A stretch of 64,000 nt of DNA, taken from NCBI RefSeq assembly GCF_036321535.1, contig NC_087436.1, forward strand, positions 96,412,001-96,476,000, written 5' to 3'. Under the pieces are notes generated by a model. The model did not search any database. It was not told the DNA's origin and saw only the letters and a list, made by a program, of their open reading frames with translations. Of this stretch, positions 37,901 to 50,480 are shown in pieces. How positions within the stretch are numbered: the first letter of the stretch is position 1; the number at the start of each line of letters is the position of its first letter. This DNA comes from Camelus dromedarius. Taxonomy: Eukaryota. Both the position numbers and the translations under genes were made by a program.

Positions 37901-39280
37901 AATCACTGTATCATAAACATGTCTCTGTATTGAGGGTAAGGAGGCACTCAAAAGTTATTTGGGGAATATTTAAGGATTTTTTTTTAATTCAGAAGAGAGA
38001 TGTAAAAGGTTCTTAAAGTGGGGTTCAAGTATCTGATTTGTAATTTGTGTGTGAGTCAGCAAATTAATGCTGCCTTGTAGTGAGGATAGTGCCGATGGGT
38101 GTTGCCTACAAAGGCAGCAATTGTGTTGTCGTAAAAAGTGTGCGAGCAAAGACTGGGGACAGCTTGGTAGCACTAGTGTAGAGGGAATTCCCAATTAAGT
38201 GGGAAATTGAACTACACGAACACCAACATCCCTTCTACCTCTGGGATGCTATGGGTTTTTTTTTTCAGGAATCCCTAGGAAGAATAAGAAAACGTTTTAT
38301 CCTTCTTGCTTGAAAAAATTGGTGCCCTAAATTCAGAAAGGCGAGTTGCACTGCAGTATTTGAATAGGTTTGGGTTAATATGCCATGGGAACTATCTGTC
38401 AGATCTAGTTACAAAAAACATGTGATGCATTAGATGTAATCAAAGGCGATATGTCAGAGTTTGTGCCTGGGGATTTTGCTAATAGTGATGTGTTTTTTTC
38501 CTCTTTGAAGCCACCTGACAAATTTTGGGATCATGGAGTGATATTTTCTACTTTTACTTTAATTAAAAAAATCATTTTTTCACTTGCCTTCCTTCACATA
38601 CAAAATATGAAAAAATTCATGATATGAATGGCACTAAGACTTGGAATGATTCTGTATGTGCAAGAATTCAATATATGTTCACAACAGAAGTCTTGAAGAA
38701 TATTTTGGAAAACTCCTAGAATATAACTTTATTATGAACAGTTTCAGAATGTGAGACTGCTAATGCAACACTATATATAAATTTAAAGCATAGTTTCTTT
38801 TAGGATAAAGTGCCCCAAATGCCCCTACTGGACTCATTTCAACAAATCTGATGAAGTAGAATAATTAAATATTCCAAAATCAGAGTTTGATAAATGAATG
38901 ACCCTAAATAGCAGGCTTAATTATACCAAAAACGGAGAATGTATTATTTTGCCACTTTTATTTTATGTATTTGTGTGTCTGGGTGTCTATGGGTCTTGCA
39001 AAACAGCTCTTAATGCCTGATACTGTAAGAGGAAGTACACCAACCAGAAAGAGTCCCTCTTTAGCTCACATTTTGTGACGGAGCTAAATTTGGGCACCAA
39101 AATGATGATGTCTAGTATCAATGAGATCTGCTTAGTGCAAGTATCTCTAAGTAGTGTATCTAACTCTGATTCCATAAGAGGAGCAAACAGAGTAGTTAAT
39201 AAAAACTAAAATCACATGGTGTGAATTTTTTCATATAGCTACTGAGTGCTTTTCATAATTACTGCCATTCTCTGGACACT

Positions 39281-39511
39281 CTTCTGGGCTGAATTGTATA
39301 CGCCAGATCTATATGTTGAAGTCCTTACCCCCATTACCTCAGATTCTGAGAGGTAATTAAAATTAAATGAACTCATTGATGTGAGCCCAAATCTAATACT
39401 TTTGTCCTTATAAGCAGAGGTGATTAGGATACAGACACATACTGAGAATAGACCATGTTTAAGCCACCTGTCTATGGTACTTTTTTACGGCAACCCTTGC
39501 AAACTAATACC
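39281..39511 (+). mobile_element. Internally deleted MLT1 (MLT1B-like) LTR
   Basis: gggctgaattgtat...atatgttgaagtccttacccccattacctcaga...tttaagccacctgtctatggtactt...ggcaacccttgcaaactaatac. Confidence 0.75.
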
Positions 39512-39672
39512 ATGCTTCTCAAACCTAAGTATGCACAAGATTAACCTAAATGCTTGTCAAAATAGAAATCCCTGAGCCCTACCATTCCAGTTTGGAGTGG
39601 GATTTACATTTCTAACTATCTTCCAGGTGAAGTGATGCTCCCAGTAGGAAGATACTGTGGGGAGTAGCACTG
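39512..39672. mobile_element. MER5-like MITE
   Basis: gcttctcaaacctaagtatgcacaagattaacc...gcttgtcaaaatagaaatccctgagccc...tttctaactatcttccaggtga...agcactg. Confidence 0.6.
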
Positions 39673-39734
39673 CCTTTAGTACATACAAATATCTTTCAGA
39701 ATGGTAATAAATAGTCTTCATCATTGGTTATTAA

Positions 39735-39880
39735 GTTTTTTCCAGAAATTTTGTAATCCATTGTTAAAGATAGTCATCCTTGAAATTGGCAATGGTGGGA
39801 GGATTTACATCACAGAAATTGGCAAAGTCTTTAAAACAGGGCTTTTATTGCTGGAGAGCCAGTGAATGAGTTTATTAGTT
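39735..39880. mobile_element. MER63-like hAT remnant
   Basis: ccagaaattttgtaatccattgttaaa...atggtgggaggatttacatcacagaaattggcaaa...ggagagccagt. Confidence 0.55.
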
Positions 39881-41402
39881 TATTAGACTGCTTTTCAAGT
39901 TATGGAAGGTGGAAGAAAGCTGAGGCATGGAGCTGTAGGGAATCTCCTAAGGTGAGAAAGACAGACTGAGGACACAAAATGGCCAAATACTTTCATAGAG
40001 GACTTCAAACAAGACAAAGTCAGAAACTTTATTACTATATCAACAGTTCTGACAGACCACTTTCAACTAGACAGGTTGAGAAAAAGAAGGCAATTCGAAT
40101 TTCAGTCACTGCCCTGGTGCACACTGGCTCTTTGGGTGTATTATTTAACCTTTAGAGCAAATGTTTTCTTTTTTATTCAAGCTGTAGGTGGACAGGATAA
40201 TTTGAGTGGTCTCTTCCACTGCTGAGATTTCTGAGTGCAGTAGCTTAATGAAGTGTCTGATTTCCACTCATTCTAAGATGATTTTTTTTTGATGTTCAAA
40301 ATCTCTGGAGCTCATGAGTGTTTAAATGCCTGGGCATGTGCCTGTCTTAATTACCTCCCAAGGTGGTTGTGAAGTTTAAATGAGATTATATACTAACAGA
40401 GCCATGTAAACTCTACCTAGTCATATAAATATAAGGACAAGTTATATGAGTTCATGATTTGGGAGTTTGGGCTGGATTGTGATTTGGGAGTGTTGGGAGT
40501 TATGGTAGGGAAAATTGAAGAGCAGTGATTTGTATAGAACTACACTGGTTGACGTGACTGTTCTTGACATATCTTTCTTTGCCCACAAGAAACAGAGAAG
40601 TGAACTTTAGCCACTTGAAGCCATTTTAGCAGAATTCTAGAGAAATGTTTTCCTCACAGACTGAAAATACGTTCATATTTATATTACTTTACATTACATT
40701 AACTTATTATTCATTACTTAATTGATTTCATCACCATTCTTTCAACAAATATTTACTGTTGAGTTTCTACTATGTGCCAGCCTTGAGTTACATACTAGGG
40801 ATGCACATAGAGCACACATGTTTCCTATTCACAGGGTGTTTGCAAGTCCACGGAAAGTGAAGATTAAAGGGCATTTTAGTTATTTATATTTATTAGAAAA
40901 ATATTTGTATTTTATCTTAGGATTTGCTATACTGTCCCCCCAACCCCCATACAGCTAAAATATAATGTATTTTCTAAAATATTTTAGATGTTATTTGGAG
41001 AAAGATGGTGAGATGATCAGTATTTAGGTGTGTGTATGATATAGAATAATATATACATATATATATTATACTAATTGTAGTAACTGTGTAGGAGCTACAA
41101 TTAATCTTGATTAAATACAAACTGGAAAGTATCTCTTTATTCAAAGACTTCAGTGACTAAGCCTGTCTCTTCATAGTGAAAAATCACAGCAATTACCTGG
41201 AAATTAAACACCCCAAAACAGTCTAGCCAAAGCAATCTGAACACTTGAATAGTTTCGTTTTGAAAAAAAATGTTTTTGATAGTATATAACTTATTTATTT
41301 GTAAGTGTTAGAATTGGACATTTACATGGCACAGAAGAAAAATTAAAAAAACACACAACTGAAATACTGTAAATCAACAAACACAAAACTGGAGCCCAAG
41401 GC

Positions 41403-41942
41403 TGTATTAATCATGTTTTTATTTTCTCTATCTATGTTACTTTGACATCTTGAAGTCATCAGTGACTAGGGAGAGACTGCCCCTCCCAGGGCTAGCTAAT
41501 TCCTAGACAAAATAAACTATGCAAACCAACCAACCCAGAGCCCATATTCTGAAGATCCACCTCCTCTATCTGGCTTCTACACTCTCAGGCAATATTCCTG
41601 TGCCCTAATCATCCCAGGACCAGGTACCAGACAACCAGGGACCACCCATATAGCCCAGAGTCCACAGAAATTATTCAAACTAGCGACTCCTGAACTGTTT
41701 ACATGGCCTCACCCATTCCTACCCACAAAAATCACAATAAAGCCTTTCACCCATGCTTTCCCCTTCACTCCTTCTGCCTCCTGACTGACCCCAATGCTTC
41801 TCCGTGTGGCCCTGCATGACCTGGTATGACCCCCTCCTCTAGGAATTGTGAATAACACACTTTTTTCAATGGCAATTTTTTTCCTGATCTGTTGGCCTCT
41901 CCATACTGAATAAAAACAAAATCCTGGGTATATTTTAAAACA
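41403..41942 (+). mobile_element. ERV1-class solo LTR (MER34/MER39-like)
   Basis: TG...CA termini (tgtattaatc...ttttaaaaca), internal gactgcccctcccagggctagctaattcctaga and AATAAA. Flanks aaggc/aagtc are a degenerate TSD. Confidence 0.75.
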
Positions 41943-42739
41943 AAGTCATGGAGCTCATTAGTGGTCTCAGTAGGAATTAAGAAGCTAAATTAGAAACACC
42001 TTTGGTCAAGTAGAGGAAATAACTGAATAGGGTGTGATCAACCTAACAGGAAACTGTCTGATAACAGAATGGAGGTGAAAGAGAGGAGAGGTACACGTGG
42101 ATGATAAACAGTCATCAAAATGAAAACCAAGTTCTTATTCAACCATCCATCTGCAGCATATATCTGATCGCTGCAAAATCTTCAAACTGCATATTGCTCA
42201 GTCAAATCCTGAGGAAAGGACATTTTTTTTAATCAACTCTTCCGAATCCTGAGTGAATTAACTGATAAAACAGATCCATCTAGAAATATTTGATAACAGT
42301 CAGCCAGTAAGCACAATGTGCAACTTCCTTTGGGAGTATAGCTATTAGGACAGCTGCCCAGTCCCCTGTGCACCCACGTGCACCTGCCATATGATGTGCA
42401 CAGTACTGTTTTGATAGTGTCACAAGTGATAATTGTTTTATACTTACAATTAGGCTATAAAGTAGATACAAAAGTTACCCTTCTCCTACAGAAGAGGAAA
42501 CTGAGGTATAGAGAGAGTCACTATTCACAAGTGGAGGTACACTGCAGAAATTACATTGTTATAAACTCAAGCATTCTGATTCCAGTTCCCCTTCACCCCT
42601 AGACTCTACTGCTTCCTCTTTCCTTCCTCCTAGCTGATGCTCACACTTCAAATGCCAGTGTGTCTTGTGAAAATTTCCCTTTGCCCCCTCCCTTGTATTT
42701 TAGAGGATGTGAGGCATTCTTCTGTCACAATCTGTCTTA

Positions 42740-43205
42740 GCAATGACTTGGGAAACAGGTAGCAGTTTGTCTTATGTAATTAACATTCTCCAAGGGGGTT
42801 ATACAGGGTCATCAAGGAGATCATCAGGAAGCCTATCTTTTTTCATATTTCTACTCTGCCATCCTCGGATCTAGGATTTTGTCGCCAGGCTTGTTGCCTC
42901 ACAGTTGTACAATGGCTGCTGCACTTCCTGGTATCTCTTCTACATTCTTGAGAAGAAAGGGAATGAACAAAATGGTAAGGAGCTAAGTTGTATATTCTAA
43001 AGAGATTTTGACTGCTTATTCAGGAAGCAATAATCTCTCCATGGACTTCTGCCTTTATCTCACTGGCAGAAAAATATTGCATGCACCTCAGGGCAAGAGA
43101 GTCCAGGAAATTAAACATTTTTAGTTGATCACGTTGCTACTGCAATTAAAATTGAGAGCCTATTAGTATAAAAGAAAAAGAGTATTGAAATTAGGTAGGA
43201 CTACA
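42740..43205 (-). mobile_element. Old MaLR LTR (MLT1J/K-like)
   Basis: tttctactctgccatcctc...aatggctgctgcacttcctggtatc...ggacttctgcctttatctcactggcagaa. Confidence 0.6.
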
Positions 43206-44499
43206 CACAGAGCTTAACACTGAATTCTAATTATGTATACCAGTTTGTCTAGTGGTACACTGGGTCTGTATCACATCTATCCATCTCTCCTCTATACTTG
43301 AGGACCAGAACTCTGCCTGGCACATTACAAAAACAGTAAAAGTTTACTGAATGAACCACAGTGATTCTTGCCTTTGTCTTGAAGACAATAGGCATTTATT
43401 GTTGTTGTTTTATCTCAAGCTGGGTTTTGAAATTCTCAACTCAAATTTGATTGTGAATCACTTTATACAAAACTGAATGTCCTTTTAGAGACTGAAAACA
43501 TATATAATGCCTGAAAAAATTTTATGATCACTGAATTAGGAGCTGCCAGAAGCACAACTCAAGCATTATTCCAAAATGAATACACTTGGCTTTGCTGTTT
43601 TACGCAGGACCACGAAGAAAGCAATTGGCACACAGGCTGAAACAGTTGAAAGAACACAGAAAGACGTATAGCAGACCATTCAGCTGCTACTTCAGTTGAT
43701 GCTTTTGTGATTGATGAGCTAGGATATAGCTGCTGGAGTAAAGGGTAGGGATGGTCTATGCTTCCCTGGGAATTAGGTTTATGTAGACTTCACCTAAAAG
43801 AAAAATTAGATCTCTCATTACTCAGTCTGTTAGGGAAAATTTTATTTTCTTCTTCTGTTGATGTTTTCTAAAAGGTAAATCACCTGAAGAAGAAAAATTT
43901 AAATGTTGACAAAATATTGGTATCATGTTGTCAGTAGTCTAGCTTTTGGCTAAATGTTTCTGGAATGATGAAATGACAAAGGCATCCATGTCTCAGTAGT
44001 GGTATTTCTAAGTGGACTTGGCATTCTTTGAGAAGAAAATGGAGCTTGGTCAAGGTGACCTCAAATTTGGAAGAAAATTCCATGTGTTTGTGGGTGTCTT
44101 TCATTACTACCCCTATTGTCTCTCTAGGGTACTGAAGTTAACTGTTCATCAGAAACCATTTGTCTTGACACATATTTATATGTGTAATAGAAAGTGTTTC
44201 TTAAATTATGATTATATAGTTTCATTTGCATTTAAATAATGAGTCTACCTCCATGACTGTCTTACGAATTTTATAAATGCTCATGTATATAAGAAGGTAT
44301 CTTACATATGAATCTCAGTCATACTCACATTTTAATCATATCTTTTAAAGCCCATATCTTTGAGATAATAAGATCACTCTCCCCATTGGAGTCTAGAAAC
44401 CTGATATTTTCCCATAATGACTGAATACTGAGGACAGGCGACTATAATGTTATTTAGCTGATGTTCCCCTTTGTGGTTTGTATTCACATGTATTTGGTG

Positions 44500-44950
44500 C
44501 TGTGTTGGATATTCTCTGTTACTCCAGATATAACTTCCACCATTTTCCACCCTGCCCTTTGTCCTGGAAGACTGACTTCTCTGGACTGCATCAACCATGT
44601 TCTCCTTGGGGAGCATGGGGGTGGCACTGGGAGGAGACCTGTAGGTGAGCAGTTAAAGGGAGGTTAGGGTATTTGTTCCATAGGCTCCTTCTCTGCCTGG
44701 TCACGGTCTGGCTGATGCTTTGTTCCTTTCTCCTACAGCCATAGCTTTTGCCACATTCTGGTAACCACTTTTCCCTCTTCCCTTTGCCCTTCAGTCCTTA
44801 GAGAAGGGCATGCAATGTGCTGTAGTTTTGAGAAGTGTCATCATCCTTTGTCATGTTCCTTTAGCTTGCTCACAGCGTTGTGAGCAGCCCATCTATCCAA
44901 CCCCTCAGTCCGTTATTTGAAGTATTCCATTGGAGTCTTGCTATGACCCC
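44500..44950. mobile_element. LTR33-like ERVL LTR
   Basis: ctccagatataacttccaccattttccaccctgccctttgtcctggaagactgacttctctggactgcatcaac. Confidence 0.65.
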
Positions 44951-45235
44951 AAGTGGTAAAAGGGGCACCATATTTTACTAGCCTTATACTTCCAGGAGGA
45001 TTCTTCAGTTCCATTCCTTGACAGGAGAAGCAATGGATAAATGTTTTGGGGCCTACTCTATTAGTATAAATGTATCATGTATATTGAACTTTGGGACATT
45101 TATTCATTCAACAATAAATAAACATTTAAAATTCTTTTTAGGAATGACAACTATGCTCTTGTAAAAGCCTTAGCCTCCAATTAATTGCAATATTTTGATT
45201 TTGGTTGAGCAATACCTAGAATAATCTGATTTCTT

Positions 45236-46458
45236 TTTTTTAGTTTTATGTTTTATTGAAGTGTAGTTGATTTACAATGTTAGTTTCAGGCATACAACAA
45301 AGTGATTCAGTTATACATATACATACATATATATTTTTTTTCAGATTGTTTTCCATTGTGTTTTCCATGTTATTACACAAAATTGAATATAGTTTCCTGT
45401 GCTATACAGCAGGTCCTTGTTGTATATCTATTTTATATATAGTAGTGTGTATCTGTTAATCCCAAACTCCTAATTTATCCCTCCTCTGCCCCTTCCCCTT
45501 TGGTAACCATAGTTTTCTGTGTCTGTGAATCTATGTTTGATTTGTAAATAAAATTTGTATCTTATTTTTAAATTCCACATATAAGTGAAATCATATGATA
45601 TTTGTCTTTCTCTATTTGACTTATTTCACTAAATATGATAATCTCTAGATCCATCCATGTTGCTGCAAATGGCATTTTATTTCATTCTTTTTATGGCTGA
45701 GTAATATTCCATTGTGTACATATACCACATCTTCTTTATCCATTTATGTCAGTGGGCATTTAGGTTGTTTCCGTGTCTTGGCTATTATAAATATTTCTGC
45801 TAAGAACCCCAGGGTGCATTTGCTTTTCAAATTATAGTTTTCTCCAGATATATATATATATTTTTCTTTCTAAAATTTTTTTATTGAGTTATAGTCATTT
45901 TATAATGTTGTGTCAAATTTCAGTGTAGAGCACAACTTTTCAGTTATACACGAACATACATATATTAATTGTCACATTTTTTTTCACTGTGAGCTACCAC
46001 AAAATCTTGTATGTATTTCCCTGTGCTATACAGTATAATCTTGTTTATCTATTCTACATATGCCTGTTAATATCTACAAATCTTATACCCAGGAATGGGA
46101 TTGCCAGATCATAGGGTAATTCTATTTTTAGTTTTTTAAGGAACCTCTATACTGTCCTCCATAGTGGCTGTACCAATTTACATTCCCACCAACAGTGTAG
46201 GAGGGTTCCTTTTTCTTCACATTCTCTTCAGCATTTATTATTTGTAGACTTTTTAAATGACAGCCATTTTGACTGGTGTGAGGTGATACCTCATTGTAGT
46301 TTTGATTTGCACTTCTTTATTAGCAATATTGAGCATCTTTTCATGTGCCTGTTGGCCATCTGGATGTCTTCTTTGGAGAAATGTCTATTTAGGGCTTCTG
46401 CCTGTTTTTTGATTGGGTTGTTTGTTTGTGTTTGGTATAATAATATACCAAATATAAT
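45236..46458 (-). mobile_element. 5'-truncated L1 containing a nested younger L1 3' end
   Basis: 3' UTR and ORF2 end ([20 protein letters not shown]). Perfect 16-bp TSD aataatctgatttctt at 45220-45235 and 46459-46474. Confidence 0.92.
45861..46083 (-). mobile_element. Young L1 3'-end fragment nested in the L1 above
   Basis: Near-identical to 25711-25890 (ttattgagttatagtca...gtgtagagcacaa...gtgagctacca...ccctgtgctatacagtataatcttgtttatctattctaca). It interrupts the host at ...ctccagatata|tacccaggaatggg. Confidence 0.88.
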
Positions 46459-46539
46459 AATAATCTGATTTCTTATAGATAGTTGCAAATGGAAGAAAAT
46501 TTTTAAAAAGATTTTTATCAATGTTTTCCTTATAATCTG

Positions 46540-47230
46540 TGCCTTATAAATCTGTCTTTAGAAACTCTTCTTTACTCTAAGGTCCAATAGGACATAAAGT
46601 TATTTTCTTTTACTTTCTTCTAAAAGTTCTAAAGTTTTGACTTTTTAATATTTGTCTTTAATGTCCTTTAAATTTTATTGATCTTTGGAATCCAATTTTA
46701 TCTTAAAATAGATACCATTTTCCTGGCATCATTTTTAAGTAGTTTCTTCTCTCCCACCATCTGCAGCTCACCTTTATATGTCAAGCATGTATATGGGTCT
46801 ATGTATTTTGGGGCTTTCTTTTCTGTTCTATTAGTCTCTTATCTTTTCCTATGCTGGTACCACCCTGTTTTAATTGCTATAGTTTTATAATTTGTCTTGT
46901 GAACTGGGGCAGTGATTGTCAGGTTTGGGTATCAAAATCACCTGGGAACCTTGATAAAAATACAGAGCTGTGAGTTCTAACTTACTTCAACACACCTAGG
47001 GGTCTGTGTTCTTTATTATCAAATACACACCAAAGTTCAAGAACAACTATTCTAGGGCAAATATGCACCCACCCAGAACACACAGACAATTTTTCCTTCT
47101 TTAAGAATGATTTGGCTATTCTTGCCTTTTGCTTCTTTTAATTCATTTAAAAAATCTGTTTGCCAGTTTTACATGACTTCTGTTGAGACTCAGGTGAGAA
47201 TAACACTAAATCTATAGATTATTTTGTAAA
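46540..47230 (-). mobile_element. Old L1M fragment interrupted by a MER5-like MITE (~46908-47050)
   Basis: ttcttctaaaagttctaaagttttg...ttctgttctattagtc...gttttaattgctatagttttataa; the MITE reads cagtgattgtcagg...atcaaaatcacctgggaaccttgataaaaatacaga. Confidence 0.6.
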
Positions 47231-48985
47231 AGCTTGTCTAAAATTGCTTTCTTCTTTACTACATGATCCCATGTAAACTGTTTTCTCCCCACCACTTGAC
47301 TGGAAAAGACATAAATTTATATCTCTTGTTAACCACCATGGTACATTTTTCTTGTAAAACACTATCTGAGGAATAGTAGAAAATAAAAAATTGCATAAAG
47401 AGGAAGATGCTTTGTGTATCTTACACCAATGTGTTGGTTATGAGAATTGTGTTGCTTAAGAAGTTAAAACTGATTAAGGGAATTTTGTCTTTCAAATTCA
47501 TCTTTGCCACAAATGCTTACAAACTCATGCATGCTCAGAGAATATATCACAATTTACGTGAATTTATCAGTAAGATTCCAGAGTGAATAAAGTGCTTAAG
47601 TTACATCAAGGCAAATATTCTCAGTGAATCGATTTCCAGAAAAGAGTTGATAGGAGTATTGATTGACTTGACAGTTTGTTCACTTCTCCAGAAGCAAAAG
47701 AAATGGTGCTTAGAACTTGAATGATGAGAAAGAACACTATCCTTACCTTTATGTCTTCCTGCCTAGAGATTAGAAAATACAAGCTAGCTGGAAGGTAAAT
47801 TTTCTTAAGCTGTGCTCAGTTCCACAAATTCTCACAGGGAATGGCGAGGATGCCACTTGCCTTTAGTTACTGACATCTCCACTGAGTTTGGGGCATCTTT
47901 CTAGCCTGGCTCTCTTTCCTAGAACTGATAGTAAAGTAAGTATAAGAGGCAAAAGAAAATGGATGGAGAAAATGCCTATATTTCTTCATTTTTTTCTTTT
48001 GTTCTCTTCTTCTTTTTAAGCATTCTGCATGCTGCCCATGAGACTGAAACATGTATAAAATAATTTAGTAATTTAATCTATTTAAATTCCTGCTCTGTCA
48101 TTTATGAGTTGTAGGATCTCTGGATGGTTGTTAAAGCATGAACCTCATTAGAGAAAAAATGGGATGATAGTAATTAGTTTTTTGCAAATTTGTCAGAAGA
48201 GCTAAATTAGTAAATATATGTGAAGAGACTTAGCACTGGGCAGTGATTTATAAACTATTCTTCATGATCATTTAATCTGAAATCAATACAGTGAGTATCA
48301 ACTAGCTTAAAACATGCAAATAGAGTATAAAGTCATTGCCATATTAATGAGGGCATGTACTGGACAGTGAAATTTTTTGCTTTAGTTTCCCTTACGTACA
48401 TACATATACATGTACATGCTGGGTCACTATGAAATATTTATTTCTTACTATGGGTTGAGGTAAAAGAAGTTTGAAAAACACTAGTACAGGGCAAAGAAGA
48501 TAGTCAAAATTACTAATACCTCTCTTTTCTTTTTTTATTTAACCTTTCACCAGCTTTGTAACTATAATTTGATCACAGTAAGTACAATTGACCTTTGGAA
48601 TTTATAAGGGTAAAATAAAGCCTCATTGAGATGTGGTCACTGGATGGTCTCTAGGTACTGTCACTAGTAGTCTCAGAACATGTGATACAAATGGAAACTT
48701 AGCAATTACAATCTATACCTGTCACAGGTCATCAGATACACTCGCAGATAATGAAAATCTTGGTAGAATTCCAAATTTCCATAAGAGATCAATCTGATAT
48801 ATATTTGTCCCAAATCTAATTTTCAAATCATCTTATTAGGCTTCACATTAGTCATTTAACCCTCTCTAAACTTAAAGGTTCTCATCTGACATATGGAGAT
48901 AATATTATTTTTCAATGAGCACTGAATGAGTTAACATGTACAAAGTATTTAGCACATAATGAACATTCCATAGATGTTGGCTATT

Positions 48986-50480
48986 GTCTCAGGTTAGGGA
49001 CCCAGGAAAACAGACTCTGAGGTGAAGATTAGCATGTGGGAGGTGTTTTGGGTTGCGATCTCAGTAACATCACCTGAGCATCATTAAGCAAATGAGGAAG
49101 GCACAGCTGGGCCGGGGAAGAAGTCAAATGTATAGCTACAACAGAGGCCCATGGGGCCCTCTGGTCCTAAGGTAGCCATTCAGATTGTCCTGAATTGAGG
49201 TTAGGGAATCAGACCTCTTTTAACCTTGCATTAACCAGAGGTAATCTTTGGTAAAGTAACTCCCTTTGTCAAGAGAAAACCCCAGAAAGTGCTTCAGTGG
49301 AGAGAAATCAGCAGCCACGTCTCCCAGTGGCAGCCTGAGTGCACATGTTCTGTCCTGGGGCATCTGGGTAGCACACCACAGCACCCACTACAACTCATCC
49401 ATGTAGCTCTTGGATCCACTTCACATAGAAATTTCATCCCATTCAGTCTCCCCAGGATTCTGGTGAAGGGTCTCTTTTCCATAAGGAATATGTAAGAGGA
49501 AAGTTAGTGCACAAAACTACATACAGTTCTCCTGGCGGCAGCTGTCTCCAGACCAGGACCAATACTCCTCATCTCCCTCCTCTACCACACATTCTATTGG
49601 TCTCTCACCCTCAGCTCGTACCTCTCCTGGGCTAGGTGACATACCTGGGGGATGAGACCCAGATTTTTATCCCTGGTCTCCATCTCAGGCCAAGGCTGTC
49701 TGTACTTTCCAACAAGGCAGGGGAGTGTCAAGAAACACCCCTGTGGCCACCTGGGTGCTAACTGTATTTTTCTCTGTCTCTTTTATGTGGCAGCCTCTTC
49801 CTGACGATCAGGATCCCAGCCCTGCCAAAATGGTAGTTCCTGTCCTTGCCTTCTGGTCTCTTTCCATGAACAGCTTGAACTGACTTGGCAGAAGCTGTAG
49901 CTTAAAGTTCAATGGGACCCTTAGTCTGTCTTCTGGTGGAAGCATTCCCTTCTGGAATTCAGGATCTTTAGAGCCATGCAGCATAATGTTGCAGGAATAG
50001 GAAGCACAAGTACTCTTTGGGAACCAATCCTTCAGACACATAGGGTCTACCAGTGTAGAACAGGAAGCACAAATTCTTCACATGGGTCCTGGGGATGATG
50101 GTGAGTGAGGCCATTTCTATTTCTTCTCCTTGGTTCCCAGATGCATATATTCTACTAACAGGGCACATAGCACCAGCTCCCACAATGGTCATCAATTTAG
50201 TAAAATGAGGTGTCCTCGAGTGTATATAAGTTGCCCTCCCATCCTTTCAAGGTATGATGCTAAGCCAGTGTCCTTCAAATGGCCATATCCCTGCTTATCA
50301 GGCCAGCTGCTGCTAGTTAGCACAGTATGTGCTAGGATCAGTGCGTGCCATTATATGCATGCAGAGCATTGCCTGCTTTTCTGTAAAGTGGCTTCTTTGG
50401 ACATATTACATGGGATTCTATGTCAGTGGATCAAAAACATTGTAAGTACTTGGATAATAATGGTGCTAGCCAAGGCCATG
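48986..50480 (-). mobile_element. ERV-L-class element: LTR16-like LTR (~48986-49390) plus 3' internal region (integrase end, dUTPase)
   Basis: The LTR end reads tgtctcaggttagggacccaggaaaacagactctgaggtgaagattagcatgtgggagg. ORF 49968-50195 gives SRIYASGNQGEEIEMASLTIIP and ORF 49808-50041 gives GMLPPEDRLRVPLNFKLQLLPSQFKLF..DQKARTGTTILAG, resembling the ERV-L IN C-terminus and dUTPase. Confidence 0.8.
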
